Below are positions 8,756 to 17,304 of a stretch of 64,000 nucleotides of DNA, in pieces. Within the stretch, counting starts at the first letter, position 1; the number at the start of each line of letters is the position of its first letter. A model generated the notes under the pieces. It saw nothing but the letters and a program-made list of their open reading frames with translations. It was not told where the DNA came from and did not search any database. Made by a program: the position numbers and the translations under genes. Source of the stretch: a virus (Duplodnaviria > Caudoviricetes); the IMG/VR virus record IMGVR_UViG_3300029288_000150, positions 1 to 64,000 of that record, one strand, 5' to 3'.

Positions 8756-9203
8756 GCTCCTCTCCTAATCCCTCGACCAGGACCTCGACCCGGGGCCTGT
8801 CCCGGTCGATGGCCTTGTACCAGTGGCAGGTGACGATCTGGGAGTCGTCCTCCCAGACGATGCCGTTCAGGGCGTCGCTCACGCCCTTGAGGATGTTGTC
8901 CCCGTCCGCCCGGGCCGCCGTCGCCCGCCAGATGCGGAGCGTCAACTCCACCGGCCCGGTCAGGGGCGGGCGGCCCGCCATGGCCAGCCGGGCGACGTCG
9001 CCGACGTAGCCCTCCCAAGCCCTGGTCCGCTGGGGCGTGTAGGCCGTCGCCCGCCGCCCCGGTCGCAGGATGACCCGCGGGCGCTCCTTGGGGATCGGGT
9101 TGCCCTCGACGGTGAAAGAGACAGCCCGCCCCGGCCCGGCGCCGTGCGTTGCCGGCTGCCGGGACGGGGGCCGGGCCTGGTAGGTCGCCTTGCGCTCGCT
9201 CAT
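8733..9203 (-). CDS. rusA: RusA family Holliday junction resolvase
   Basis: PIPKERPR, ADGDNILKGVSDALNGIVWEDDSQIV. Confidence 0.9.
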   Translation of the reverse strand: MSERKATYQARPPSRQPATHGAGPGRAVSFTVEGNPIPKERPRVILRPGRRATAYTPQRTRAWEGYVGDVARLAMAGRPPLTGPVELTLRIWRATAARADGDNILKGVSDALNGIVWEDDSQIVTCHWYKAIDRDRPRVEVLVEGLGEEHGLHVTA

Positions 9204-9418
9204 CCGCTTCCCCTTTCTGCCCGTGCCAGGATGCCCGCCACCTGCCGGCGAAACAGCAGGCGGATGACGTCCAACTCCCCCGCCAGCCCCGGGATAGGAG
9301 CGGAGGGGGCGCCCCGGGGGCGGCGGGCCCAACGGTGCCCGCATTCGGGACAGAAAAAGAACCGCCCGCCCCACGGGCACCACCCGGCCCCGCACCGGGG
9401 GCACGTCTCCCAGGTCAC
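9200..9418 (-). CDS. Small zinc-ribbon protein
   Basis: CPRCG...CPECG. Confidence 0.6.
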   Translation of the reverse strand: MTWETCPRCGAGWCPWGGRFFFCPECGHRWARRPRGAPSAPIPGLAGELDVIRLLFRRQVAGILARAERGSG

Positions 9419-9419
9419 G

Positions 9420-10118
9420 CTAGATCTCCAGGTCCCCGACGCCGGCCCGCCATCCCTGACCGGGTGGCCACGCCGCGGGCTGTTCCGCCGCGCTTCCCCC
9501 GTCCACGTCGACCAGGGCGGCGAGCATCCGCTCGAGGTGGTCGGCCTGGGCCCGGACGGCGTCCAGTGTGAGGCGCATCTCGGCCACGTTGCCGCCGATG
9601 CCCTCCAGCATGTTGGCCGCGTTCGTGAAGTGCCGCCTGTTGCCCGCCAGCCGCCAGCGGGCCAGCTCCTGGGCCAGCCGCGGGTAACGGGCGGCCAGGT
9701 GGCGGAGCTCCTCGAGCTCCCCGGCCGTCTCCCGGGCCTCGGCCGCCCGGGCCTCAGCCTCGGCCCTCTCCCTCTCCGCCTGCAACTCCCGGGCCCGCCG
9801 CTCCTCGAGGAGGTGGATGATAAAATCCGGCCCGCCGGCGGCGCCCATGGCCACCAGCAGCACGGCGGCCACCAGTGGGGTCATGGCCACGCCCAGCAGC
9901 CCGGCCCACAGGAGCAGGCCGCCGGCGTCCGTCACCAGCCCCACGGCATAGTTGAAGCGGGCGGGCGGGCCCCAGCCGTCGGCCCGCTCCGTCGCCCCGC
10001 TGCGCTTGTTGAGCAGCCGGCCGATGAGGATCACGGCGTAGTGCTCGACGACCAGGGCCCCGGCCACCAGGGCGGTGGCCCGGACCAGGCTTTGCCAGGT
10101 TTCCAGGCTCCAGTCCAT
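9420..10118 (-). CDS. Membrane protein with coiled-coil C-terminus
   Basis: Three hydrophobic segments then heptad-rich region. Confidence 0.65.
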   Translation of the reverse strand: MDWSLETWQSLVRATALVAGALVVEHYAVILIGRLLNKRSGATERADGWGPPARFNYAVGLVTDAGGLLLWAGLLGVAMTPLVAAVLLVAMGAAGGPDFIIHLLEERRARELQAERERAEAEARAAEARETAGELEELRHLAARYPRLAQELARWRLAGNRRHFTNAANMLEGIGGNVAEMRLTLDAVRAQADHLERMLAALVDVDGGSAAEQPAAWPPGQGWRAGVGDLEI

Positions 10119-10121
10119 CTC

Positions 10122-10250
10122 TCACCCTCCGTGGTACTCGAATGGCTCAAAGCGAGAGCTCATCACGGCATCGGCGCGGCTGGCAGCGCGGGCCAGAGAC
10201 CAGGCAAACCATAGCAGGAGGATAAGCGCGATCGGGATAATCCAGGCCAT
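10122..10250 (-). CDS. 42-aa single-TM peptide
   Basis: Hand translation MAWIIPIALILLLWFAWSLARAASRADAVMSSRFEPFEYHGG; GGAG upstream. Confidence 0.5.
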   Translation of the reverse strand: MAWIIPIALILLLWFAWSLARAASRADAVMSSRFEPFEYHGG

Positions 10251-10273
10251 CTCAGTTACTCCTCTCCTATTCA

Positions 10274-10624
10274 TCATTTGCCGCGATGGGCTTCCCATGC
10301 GCGTATCATCCGCAGAAACGACTTACCGGGCGGCGGGTCGGGCTCTGGCACATCCAGAATTGTAACGGGCTTGCCCAGGGCGAATGCCATGCCCATATCG
10401 AACAGGCAGCCGGTTGACCGCCCATCCCAAACGACAAAGACGCGATCCGCCGCTTCAATAGCTGCCCGGTTCTGCTCGCAGATCGCCAAGCCGACAGGGT
10501 CATCCTGGTTCGTGTCTCGGTGCGGCCAGTGGACGGCCCAGCCCTCGCTTTCCAGTCTTTTGACAACTGCCTCTGTTTCTTCTGGACTATGGCCCCGCAC
10601 TGGGCAAATCAAGAACGCTCTCAT
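10274..10624 (-). CDS. Nucleoside 2-deoxyribosyltransferase / N-glycosidase-like protein
   Basis: AIEAADRVFVVWDGRSTGCLFDMGMAFALGKPV matches NDT-fold pattern. Confidence 0.7.
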   Translation of the reverse strand: MRAFLICPVRGHSPEETEAVVKRLESEGWAVHWPHRDTNQDDPVGLAICEQNRAAIEAADRVFVVWDGRSTGCLFDMGMAFALGKPVTILDVPEPDPPPGKSFLRMIRAWEAHRGK

Positions 10625-11436
10625 TCTACCTCCTTGTGCATCGCGGCCATTGCTGCCGGGCGTGACCACGTTCGAGCCAGCGCCCGCCATTCGGCGTTGT
10701 AGTCAATCCAACGGTCGGCGGGTTGGTATAATTGTGCAAACGGTAGCCCGCCAAGCGCCCAAACTGCTTCCAGCCGTTCGGTTGCCGCGTCAACCGTCTC
10801 GCCGTTGAAGGCGATCATCACGTAAACCCGGCACTTGTAGCGGGGCAGGGCCAATCGCTTGATGGCCGCCTCTAGCGGTTTGAGCGCCCCCACGGTATCA
10901 GCGGCCAAAAAGACCTCGCGGATTCGCAAGCCCCGCAGCCAGTCAACGCGCCAGTCGTCCAGGCGTCGCGACTCAAGGCCGCCCGAGAAGACGGCGGCTC
11001 GGCGTTGCGTGGCGAGCATGGCCCCCACACGCTCCAGGTGCGCCCGGCTCGCCTGCAAGATGTTATTATCCTGAATAATGTACCCCGGCGCAAAGTTGTG
11101 GATCTCGGACAGTCGCCCCTCCCGTTCTGGCACCAGGCACCAGGGGCAGTTGTTGTTGCAGCCGTGCGTCGTGAACGTCACGCCCGCCTTGATGTACTGG
11201 CCTGGTGTAAAGCCGTTGGGGCAGGCGTCAAACGCCGGACCATCCAACTTAACCACAGGATAGTAATTGCGCCACGCCTCGGCCAGCCGTTGGCCTTCTG
11301 CCTGGTCCCATGTGAACACCACCGATACATGAACCTCATCGGCGGCGGGTCGCCACAGCGGCGGGTCACCTACAAAAGCCAGTGGATCATCTGGCGTCAT
11401 CGCGGTTTTTCGCGGGAACACTCTTAATATTCGCAT
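10621..11436 (-). CDS. Radical SAM protein
   Basis: GCNNNCPWC CxxxCxxC motif, IIQDNN, FSGGLE, RVYVMI. Confidence 0.8.
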   Translation of the reverse strand: MRILRVFPRKTAMTPDDPLAFVGDPPLWRPAADEVHVSVVFTWDQAEGQRLAEAWRNYYPVVKLDGPAFDACPNGFTPGQYIKAGVTFTTHGCNNNCPWCLVPEREGRLSEIHNFAPGYIIQDNNILQASRAHLERVGAMLATQRRAAVFSGGLESRRLDDWRVDWLRGLRIREVFLAADTVGALKPLEAAIKRLALPRYKCRVYVMIAFNGETVDAATERLEAVWALGGLPFAQLYQPADRWIDYNAEWRALARTWSRPAAMAAMHKEVE

Positions 11437-11458
11437 CTCAGCAATCCGTTGTTAGCGC

Positions 11459-12202
11459 CTACACGCTACAAGCGCATGGTAGCCAGCGTGTCAGGTCCAT
11501 TTGCACCAGGCCCTGCCATCGCCTGTCCCGCATCTGCTCCAAACTTTGACCATGCGGGTCCAAAGTGGCCCATTTCTGCGAGTGCTCACTGGCCCGGTTT
11601 TCAATGGCAATCGCCCGCTCGAATAAGTCAGGATAGTTGAGCCACAGATCGCGCCACTGAGTCAGTGCCTGCCCAGGACAAAAGAAACACCCGGATTTGC
11701 GAGGCAGATCAAGCCCGGCCCGTTGGATAATGCGGTAACATTCCGGCCGGTTAATGCCAGCATCGTCTAGGGGATAACGGACGGCGGGATCGTCCCTGAC
11801 CCGCCGGGGCTCATCGCTCGTGATCCCCAGGCATGACACCTCATAACTGTTCGCCTCCGCCCAGGTAGTAAGCGGGGTTCGTTTGAACTCAACAGAACAC
11901 CAACGCACGGCCAAGAGCGGGATAATCCCCTGAGTCAGGCAATATTCCTCCAGAGTCAACGCTCCCATTTTTTGCACCTTGTTGCTGTATAGGTGTGAGT
12001 GCGTGGCCGGTGACAGGCGCGTGATCTCCAGGCCGCGGGGCCTGAGGAACCGCCGCTCGAAATACTCCATGTAGCAGTAGGTTTCGGGGTGCTCGTTGCC
12101 CGGATCTGCAAAGACAATCGGCCCACGCCAGCCCTGTTCAGCAAGCATGATCACCATTGCCACAGAGTTGACGCCCCCGCCGAAACTGACCATCTCGGAC
12201 AT
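11459..12202 (-). CDS. PAPS-reductase-like adenine nucleotide alpha-hydrolase
   Basis: PP-loop variant SFGGGVNS, FADPGNEHPETY, CSVEFK, KSGCFFCP. Confidence 0.85.
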   Translation of the reverse strand: MSEMVSFGGGVNSVAMVIMLAEQGWRGPIVFADPGNEHPETYCYMEYFERRFLRPRGLEITRLSPATHSHLYSNKVQKMGALTLEEYCLTQGIIPLLAVRWCSVEFKRTPLTTWAEANSYEVSCLGITSDEPRRVRDDPAVRYPLDDAGINRPECYRIIQRAGLDLPRKSGCFFCPGQALTQWRDLWLNYPDLFERAIAIENRASEHSQKWATLDPHGQSLEQMRDRRWQGLVQMDLTRWLPCACSV

Positions 12203-12392
12203 TGTTGCTGCTCCAATCTCTACAATCGCCGCTATGCCGTTACCTTGCAGGTGCAGCAGCCTGAAGCTGCTCGTACCTCAAGTGGTCTTGGCATTGTCGA
12301 TCTCCTTTCTCGCTGCAATCGTTGCCTTGCTGGACTTAGTATCCGCGATAAATCGCTACGAGTCCAAGGCCAATGCTGATATACGGCCCGCG

Positions 12393-12677
12393 CTAGGCGA
12401 ACATCTGGCGCTCTACCATCATCTGGTAGACCATGCCCCAGAAGTTGCCTGCGCAGTGCTGATACAGCGCAGGCTCGTTGGCTTGCATCCTGCGCGGGTC
12501 ATCGTAGTTACCGTGGCGATAGATCACATCTTGCCACAAATCATCATCGCACATGATTGTCTCGTAGAGCTTGCGGAGGCGCGGCCCGGTCACACCATGC
12601 CCGCCGCCCTCCCCCCACACGGCCCAACGCTCAATGAAATGGAGCCAATATATGCGGCGTTTCTGTTCCTCAGTCAT
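12393..12677 (-). CDS. Hypothetical protein
   Basis: ORF with GGAG RBS in the cassette. Confidence 0.55.
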   Translation of the reverse strand: MTEEQKRRIYWLHFIERWAVWGEGGGHGVTGPRLRKLYETIMCDDDLWQDVIYRHGNYDDPRRMQANEPALYQHCAGNFWGMVYQMMVERQMFA

Positions 12678-12762
12678 TGTCGCTTCTCCCCTCTCGGCAA
12701 TCTTCTCTTTGCGGCAACCCCCGCCGGGGCTGCCGGGTAGAATCCTTATCGGAAGTTAATCC

Positions 12763-13230
12763 TTATTTCTCTTTCACGAACCATGCTCCACGCTGAGACC
12801 CAACCTCTATCCGTGGAGTGTGATGCAGCAACCACGCAACTTGCTTCCCGATGCCCAGGCCCGCCAGAGGTATCTCGATCTCGTGACCCCGGCGCAAGTT
12901 GGTAAGCAAAAACTCGCGATAGGTATTACCTGCCAAGAGTACAATCTTGGCACCCCGGGGCACCTCGCGGGCAATTTGCCGTAGCACGCGCTCGGCCCAT
13001 GCCCGGCGCTGCTCGTGCCTCATCGTGGTCAGGGTTAGATCGTAGGGAGTGATAACGGCATCGGGCCGCAAGAGGCCGTGCTTGGCAGATAGAATCCACC
13101 ACGGCCAGCCCGTAGCCTCAACATAGGCACGCGAGGCCCGGAAGAGTTGCCCGGTGTAAAGGTCTTTCGCGGGCGCAGGGTAAGGCAGTTTTGACTTTCC
13201 GCAAGAAACGAGGGCAATGATCTCAGACAT
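12763..13230 (-). CDS. DUF6884-like protein
   Basis: IALVSCGKSK...PAKDLYTGQLF...WILSAKHGLL. Confidence 0.75.
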   Translation of the reverse strand: MSEIIALVSCGKSKLPYPAPAKDLYTGQLFRASRAYVEATGWPWWILSAKHGLLRPDAVITPYDLTLTTMRHEQRRAWAERVLRQIAREVPRGAKIVLLAGNTYREFLLTNLRRGHEIEIPLAGLGIGKQVAWLLHHTPRIEVGSQRGAWFVKEK

Positions 13231-14566
13231 GGGAATCCTCCACTATTTTGACAGGGACATTGCCACAAAGGCGAATGTTATCCCCGCCGAACAATTCCAT
13301 CTTGGCCTGGGTAAGACGGCCGTGCAAGTCGTCTACTTGGTCAACATCGTGCATGTCCAGGGGCAGAGGATCGGGCGGCGGCCAGGTCCACAGCCCTGCG
13401 TAGGCCGCCAGAAGTGAGCGCAGGTTGGCTGCCATACATTCGGTGATGGTGAAAAACGACTGAGCGATGCCCTCCAGGGAGTGCATCTGAATGATGCCAT
13501 CCATGACCACGGCAAACCGCTCGCAGGCAGCATCAAGGATCCACCATGTGCCATCCGTCCAGATGCGATCAAGGAGCCCCATGCTCCCTAGCCCATTGAT
13601 TACCTTGAAATTGGCTTGACCGAGACCCCAGAATTGATGATCCGGGAGGAGGCGGGCCAGCTCGGCAATGTAGTAGTGGCGGACGTCACGGGGGATGGGG
13701 CCGCGGACCATGCCGCCCAAGCCGATAAGGGGCGACTTGTCGGCATAGTAACGCATGACCGGATCCTGCGCAGCCCTGCGGGCATTGGCCACAACGCACC
13801 GGGCAGCCTCTGAAACATTACGCCACGCGAGCCCGGTAACGGTCGCCGCGGGATCCCAACGAGGCCGAACGTGATAGATGGGAAAACACCCCCGTTCCGG
13901 GCCAAACCCCATCGCGGTCATGGCGTCAAAATACCGAACGCTCTCCGCCTGATCCCCTATCACATCATAGGCAGCAAACCCATCCGGATCAGTTAGCTCA
14001 ATAGCCTGCAAGTAGCTGTCGAATGAGACCCATCCGGGAACCGTTCCCGTCCAACGGCGGTAAGCCGTCGAATCCAGAAAAAGAGGCAGCAAGCGGGAGT
14101 GACGACCGAACACGCCCTCGCGGTCTTTGCGCCAACGGAGCCCCCCACTTCCAGTTGTACAGACCACGTAGCTGTAATCGGCAAAATAGACGCCATGTTG
14201 CCAGCCTTGGGCCGCGGCCCTATCTCCCAACCGCCCCCGCCCATTGGCCTCGTCCACCTTGAGCATGGCGGGCAACTCGGGCCGGATGGTGCTCCCCAGG
14301 TTGCCCGCCAGGCCGTGCATGGCAACTGGCCGGATAGTACTCGCGTCTTTCAGCCCGGCTGCACCAAATGACGCCCGCCGAGCCGCCGTGGTGATGTTGT
14401 CGGTATTCACTCCCGCGATGCCACAGGCGGCCAGTTTGCCCCGGTGGTCAATTCCGGCAATGCCGTACATGGCGCCCGTGTGCCGATTGCCCCGACCGTC
14501 GCTCACAATGCCGAGCATGGCGCGGTTGCCTGAAGTGTCCAATCCAGCGAGTCCACACTTGCTCAT
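13223..14566 (-). CDS. DpdA/TGT-like transglycosylase with repetitive N-terminal extension
   Basis: TGT-barrel-like motif order FLDSTAY, AAYDVIGD, FPIYH, IGLGGMV, WGLG, TDGTWW. Confidence 0.65.
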   Translation of the reverse strand: MSKCGLAGLDTSGNRAMLGIVSDGRGNRHTGAMYGIAGIDHRGKLAACGIAGVNTDNITTAARRASFGAAGLKDASTIRPVAMHGLAGNLGSTIRPELPAMLKVDEANGRGRLGDRAAAQGWQHGVYFADYSYVVCTTGSGGLRWRKDREGVFGRHSRLLPLFLDSTAYRRWTGTVPGWVSFDSYLQAIELTDPDGFAAYDVIGDQAESVRYFDAMTAMGFGPERGCFPIYHVRPRWDPAATVTGLAWRNVSEAARCVVANARRAAQDPVMRYYADKSPLIGLGGMVRGPIPRDVRHYYIAELARLLPDHQFWGLGQANFKVINGLGSMGLLDRIWTDGTWWILDAACERFAVVMDGIIQMHSLEGIAQSFFTITECMAANLRSLLAAYAGLWTWPPPDPLPLDMHDVDQVDDLHGRLTQAKMELFGGDNIRLCGNVPVKIVEDSHV

Positions 14567-14817
14567 GTTGCCTTCCGAGTTGCCGTATTATCGGCACTTC
14601 CCCCGTTCCCGGCGGCCCGTGCCAGGAACCACGCCGCGGCCCGCTCCCGGCCCCGCAGCGCCGGGCAGGCGGCGGCCACCCGTTCGGCCCGGGGCGGCTC
14701 CTTGCCGTTGTTGGCCAAGTAGTCGGCCACCTGGCCCTCGGCCCGGGCCAGCCAGTCCCGCCACAGGCGGCCCACCGGCCGGCGGAGCAGGTCCCCCGCC
14801 GTTCCCCCGGGGGTCAT
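14563..14817 (-). CDS. Hypothetical protein
   Basis: Tiles between neighbours with 4-bp overlaps. Confidence 0.45.
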   Translation of the reverse strand: MTPGGTAGDLLRRPVGRLWRDWLARAEGQVADYLANNGKEPPRAERVAAACPALRGRERAAAWFLARAAGNGGSADNTATRKAT

Positions 14818-15110
14818 TCCCGCCCCCCGCGCCGCCGGCCCCGGCTCCCCGGAGAGGCCAGGCGCCCGCTTTCCTGCCAGCCGTCGACGGCCAGCAGGAA
14901 GCAGAGCACCCAGAGGAGGAACAGGTGGAACGCGGCGTCGCTCCGGTCGATGAGTTGGACGGTCGGCCAGAAGCCCCACCACAACGTATACCCCACGCCG
15001 GCCAACGCCGGCGCGACCGCCAGGCCGTCCACCAGGAGCCGCAGCCGCACCCGGAGCGGGACCCGGGTGCGGGCGATGGCCTGCTGCCTGTGGGTCACTC
15101 TTCCGCGCAT
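14814..15110 (-). CDS. Two-TM membrane protein
   Basis: GGAGG RBS; two hydrophobic segments. Confidence 0.55.
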   Translation of the reverse strand: MRGRVTHRQQAIARTRVPLRVRLRLLVDGLAVAPALAGVGYTLWWGFWPTVQLIDRSDAAFHLFLLWVLCFLLAVDGWQESGRLASPGSRGRRRGGRE

Positions 15111-15448
15111 GGCCCCCTCCCGTTCCCCGGGTCCGGTTGTCGCCCGGCCCCGGTTTCGTCGTGGACGGTTGTCCACCCGGGCGGCAAAGAAAAGGGCCCC
15201 GCCCCCGGCTCGGCCCGCACCAGCAGGCAGCCCGGGGGCACGAACGCCCCGGCCACCAGGTCGGGCTCGGCCTGGCGGAGTTGCTCCAGGGCCCGGGGGC
15301 CGATGCCGCCCCGCTCGGCCAGGATGCGATAGACGAGGAGGTAGGGCATCCCCCACCGCTCGGCCAGGGCCTTGAGGGTCCGCCCCGCTACCTGTCCCTG
15401 GAGGCCGGCCAGCAAGCGGGCCTCCCAGGGTGTTAACTCTCTCTGCAT
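15095..15448 (-). CDS. Cro-like HTH regulator
   Basis: TLKALAERWGMPYLLVYRIL HTH; first gene of leftward promoter, divergent from XRE repressor; AAGGAG RBS. Confidence 0.7.
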   Translation of the reverse strand: MQRELTPWEARLLAGLQGQVAGRTLKALAERWGMPYLLVYRILAERGGIGPRALEQLRQAEPDLVAGAFVPPGCLLVRAEPGAGPFSLPPGWTTVHDETGAGRQPDPGNGRGPCAEE

Positions 15449-15489
15449 GTTGGTCTCCTTCCGGCGGTCGTGCCGCCTCCCTTCCCGTC

Positions 15490-15597
15490 GTGGACAATCG
15501 TCCCCCGTATTATACACTATCCCGCGCCAGTTGTCAATACCAAATGCGACAAATGGCGAAATTCATAATGCTCAACCGTGGACAATCGTGGTATAAT
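15490..15597. promoter_or_regulatory. Divergent lysis/lysogeny control region
   Basis: Minus TTGACA (15537-15532)-17-TATAAT (15514-15509); plus TATAAT 15592; operator-like GTGGACAATCGT at 15490 and 15578. Confidence 0.8.
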
Positions 15598-15628
15598 GCT
15601 TTCAGATGCGGGGGAGCGAGGGGGAGCA

Positions 15629-16129
15629 ATGTCAATTGTGGGAGCCCGGATCCGGTCGCTCCGCGAGGACCAGGATCTGGAGGTGGGCCAGCTCGCATAC
15701 AAGGCCCGGGTCAATAAATCGTATTTGCACTATATCGAGCGGGGCGAGCGCCCCAACGTGAGCGGGGTGATCCTGGCCAGGATCGCCGACGCGCTCAACA
15801 CGTCGACCGACTATCTCCTGGGCCGGACAGGCATCCCGGCCCCGCCCGATGGCCGCCAGGGGCCCGACCCCCGGATATTGCACGATGCCGAGACGCTGGC
15901 CGGGGTTTCGCCCCGGGTCCGGCAATATGCACTGGAAATCTGTGAGATCTTCCAGGAGCTGGAGGAGATCGCCCCCGACCTGCTGGAGCAGGCCGTCAAC
16001 ATCATTGCCACACAGGCGGAATTCGTCAAGCTGGCAACGACCCAAAAGCCGGCGTCGCCCCAAAGCGGCGCCGGGAAGGCCGACCATAACAACAATCCGG
16101 AGGGGGAGCACCAGGCCGCCGCCACATAG
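15629..16129 (+). CDS. XRE-family CI-like repressor (no S24 peptidase domain visible)
   Basis: GARIRSLREDQDLEVGQLAYKARVNKSYLHYIERGER...LARIADALNTSTDYLLGRT. Confidence 0.9.
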   Translation: MSIVGARIRSLREDQDLEVGQLAYKARVNKSYLHYIERGERPNVSGVILARIADALNTSTDYLLGRTGIPAPPDGRQGPDPRILHDAETLAGVSPRVRQYALEICEIFQELEEIAPDLLEQAVNIIATQAEFVKLATTQKPASPQSGAGKADHNNNPEGEHQAAAT

Positions 16130-16173
16130 GCACCCACACAACCCGCCCACCCTCCCGCAACTGGCAGGGGGCA

Positions 16174-16761
16174 ATGACGCACAAACGAGTTTTGCATCAA
16201 TCGCTGTCAAACCTGGCCGACGCGAGCCTCCACCAGGGCACTTCCGCCCTGGCGGAGGAGACGCTCGGCTATTGCCTGGCCCAACTCCGCGAGTTGCGGG
16301 ACCAGGCCCGCCGCCGCCTGGGCCTGGCGAGCCTGTGGGCGGCTTTCTCCGACGCCTGGCTGTTCCTGGCGCCGGACGGGGCGATCCTGGATTGCAACGC
16401 CGGGATGGCCAACGCCTGCGGGCTGCCGGCGGAGGACCTGGTGGGTCACGCCCTCTGGGATCTCGCGCCGTCCGTGCGGCTGCCCGTCCAGCCCGACATG
16501 CTGGCGTCGGTGCTGGAGTTGGGCCGGCCGGTGGCCTTTGAGGCCGGCGCCGCCCCGGGGTGGGCCGAGGTCTACCTCCAGCCCCTGGGGCCCCCGGGCC
16601 GGCCGTGGGCGGCCCTGGTCCTGGTGCGCCACGTCGGGGAGTGGCGGGCCGGGGGCTGCCTGCGCCGGCAGTGGCTCTTTGCCGACGACGAGGAGGGGGC
16701 CGAAACCAGGGCGATGCGCGAACACGGGAGGGAGAACAATGGCGATCTATGTCGGGGATGA
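16174..16761 (+). CDS. Standalone PAS-domain protein
   Basis: DAWLFLAPDGAILDCNAGMANACGLPAEDLVGHALWDL ... WAEVYLQPL ... ALVLVRHV is a PAS pattern. Confidence 0.8.
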   Translation: MTHKRVLHQSLSNLADASLHQGTSALAEETLGYCLAQLRELRDQARRRLGLASLWAAFSDAWLFLAPDGAILDCNAGMANACGLPAEDLVGHALWDLAPSVRLPVQPDMLASVLELGRPVAFEAGAAPGWAEVYLQPLGPPGRPWAALVLVRHVGEWRAGGCLRRQWLFADDEEGAETRAMREHGRENNGDLCRG

Positions 16762-17197
16762 TCGGGTCCCGGAGGGCCTGTCCTGGCAGGGGTACGGCCT
16801 CAAGGTGACGCCCCTGGCGGTCGTTACGCCGGGCGGGCGGAGCATCGCCACGGCCAACATTGCCGCGGCCACGGTCGAGACGGTGCCGGCGGCCCGGGCG
16901 CCGGGGATCGTGGTGGCCCTGGTGGGGATCGTGGTGGGCGGGGCGTGCCTGGCGTCGGGCGGCGAGTCCCAGGCCGTGGGGCTGGTCTTCGGGGGCGTCT
17001 CCCTGGTCGTGGGGCTGACCATGGCGGCCCTGGCCCACGAGCGGCACGCCGTCCACCTCGAGCTGGTGGGCGGCAGGGGCCGGCAGGCCCTGGGCTGCCG
17101 GGACCAGGAGGAGGCCCTGGAGGCAGCGGCGACCATCAACCGGGCGGCTGCCTGGGCCCGGGGGCGGCCCGCGGGGGCCGGCCTGCAAGCGACATGA
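16739..17197 (+). CDS. DUF6232-like membrane protein
   Basis: Beta-rich N-terminus, two central TM helices, C-terminal AATINRA. Confidence 0.6.
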   Translation: MAIYVGDDRVPEGLSWQGYGLKVTPLAVVTPGGRSIATANIAAATVETVPAARAPGIVVALVGIVVGGACLASGGESQAVGLVFGGVSLVVGLTMAALAHERHAVHLELVGGRGRQALGCRDQEEALEAAATINRAAAWARGRPAGAGLQAT

Positions 17198-17203
17198 TCG
17201 GCG

Positions 17204-17277
17204 GTTCCCCGGGAGGCGGGGGACTCCCGGGGAACGCAAAAAGGCCCCCACCGGATCGTCCGGTGGGGGCCTTTATC
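17204..17277. terminator. Tandem hairpins between convergent operons
   Basis: 12-bp stem 17204-17235; perfect 16-bp stem 17240-17274 flanked by AAAAA (U-tract on minus strand) and TTT. Confidence 0.85.
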
Positions 17278-17304
17278 TTAGGGGCGACTGCTCCCTCGCA
17301 GCTT

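Noticed and set aside
11459-12202. DndC / phosphorothioation system
   Set aside because: PAPS-reductase-like gene is short and no DndA/B/D/E or Ssp partners are present
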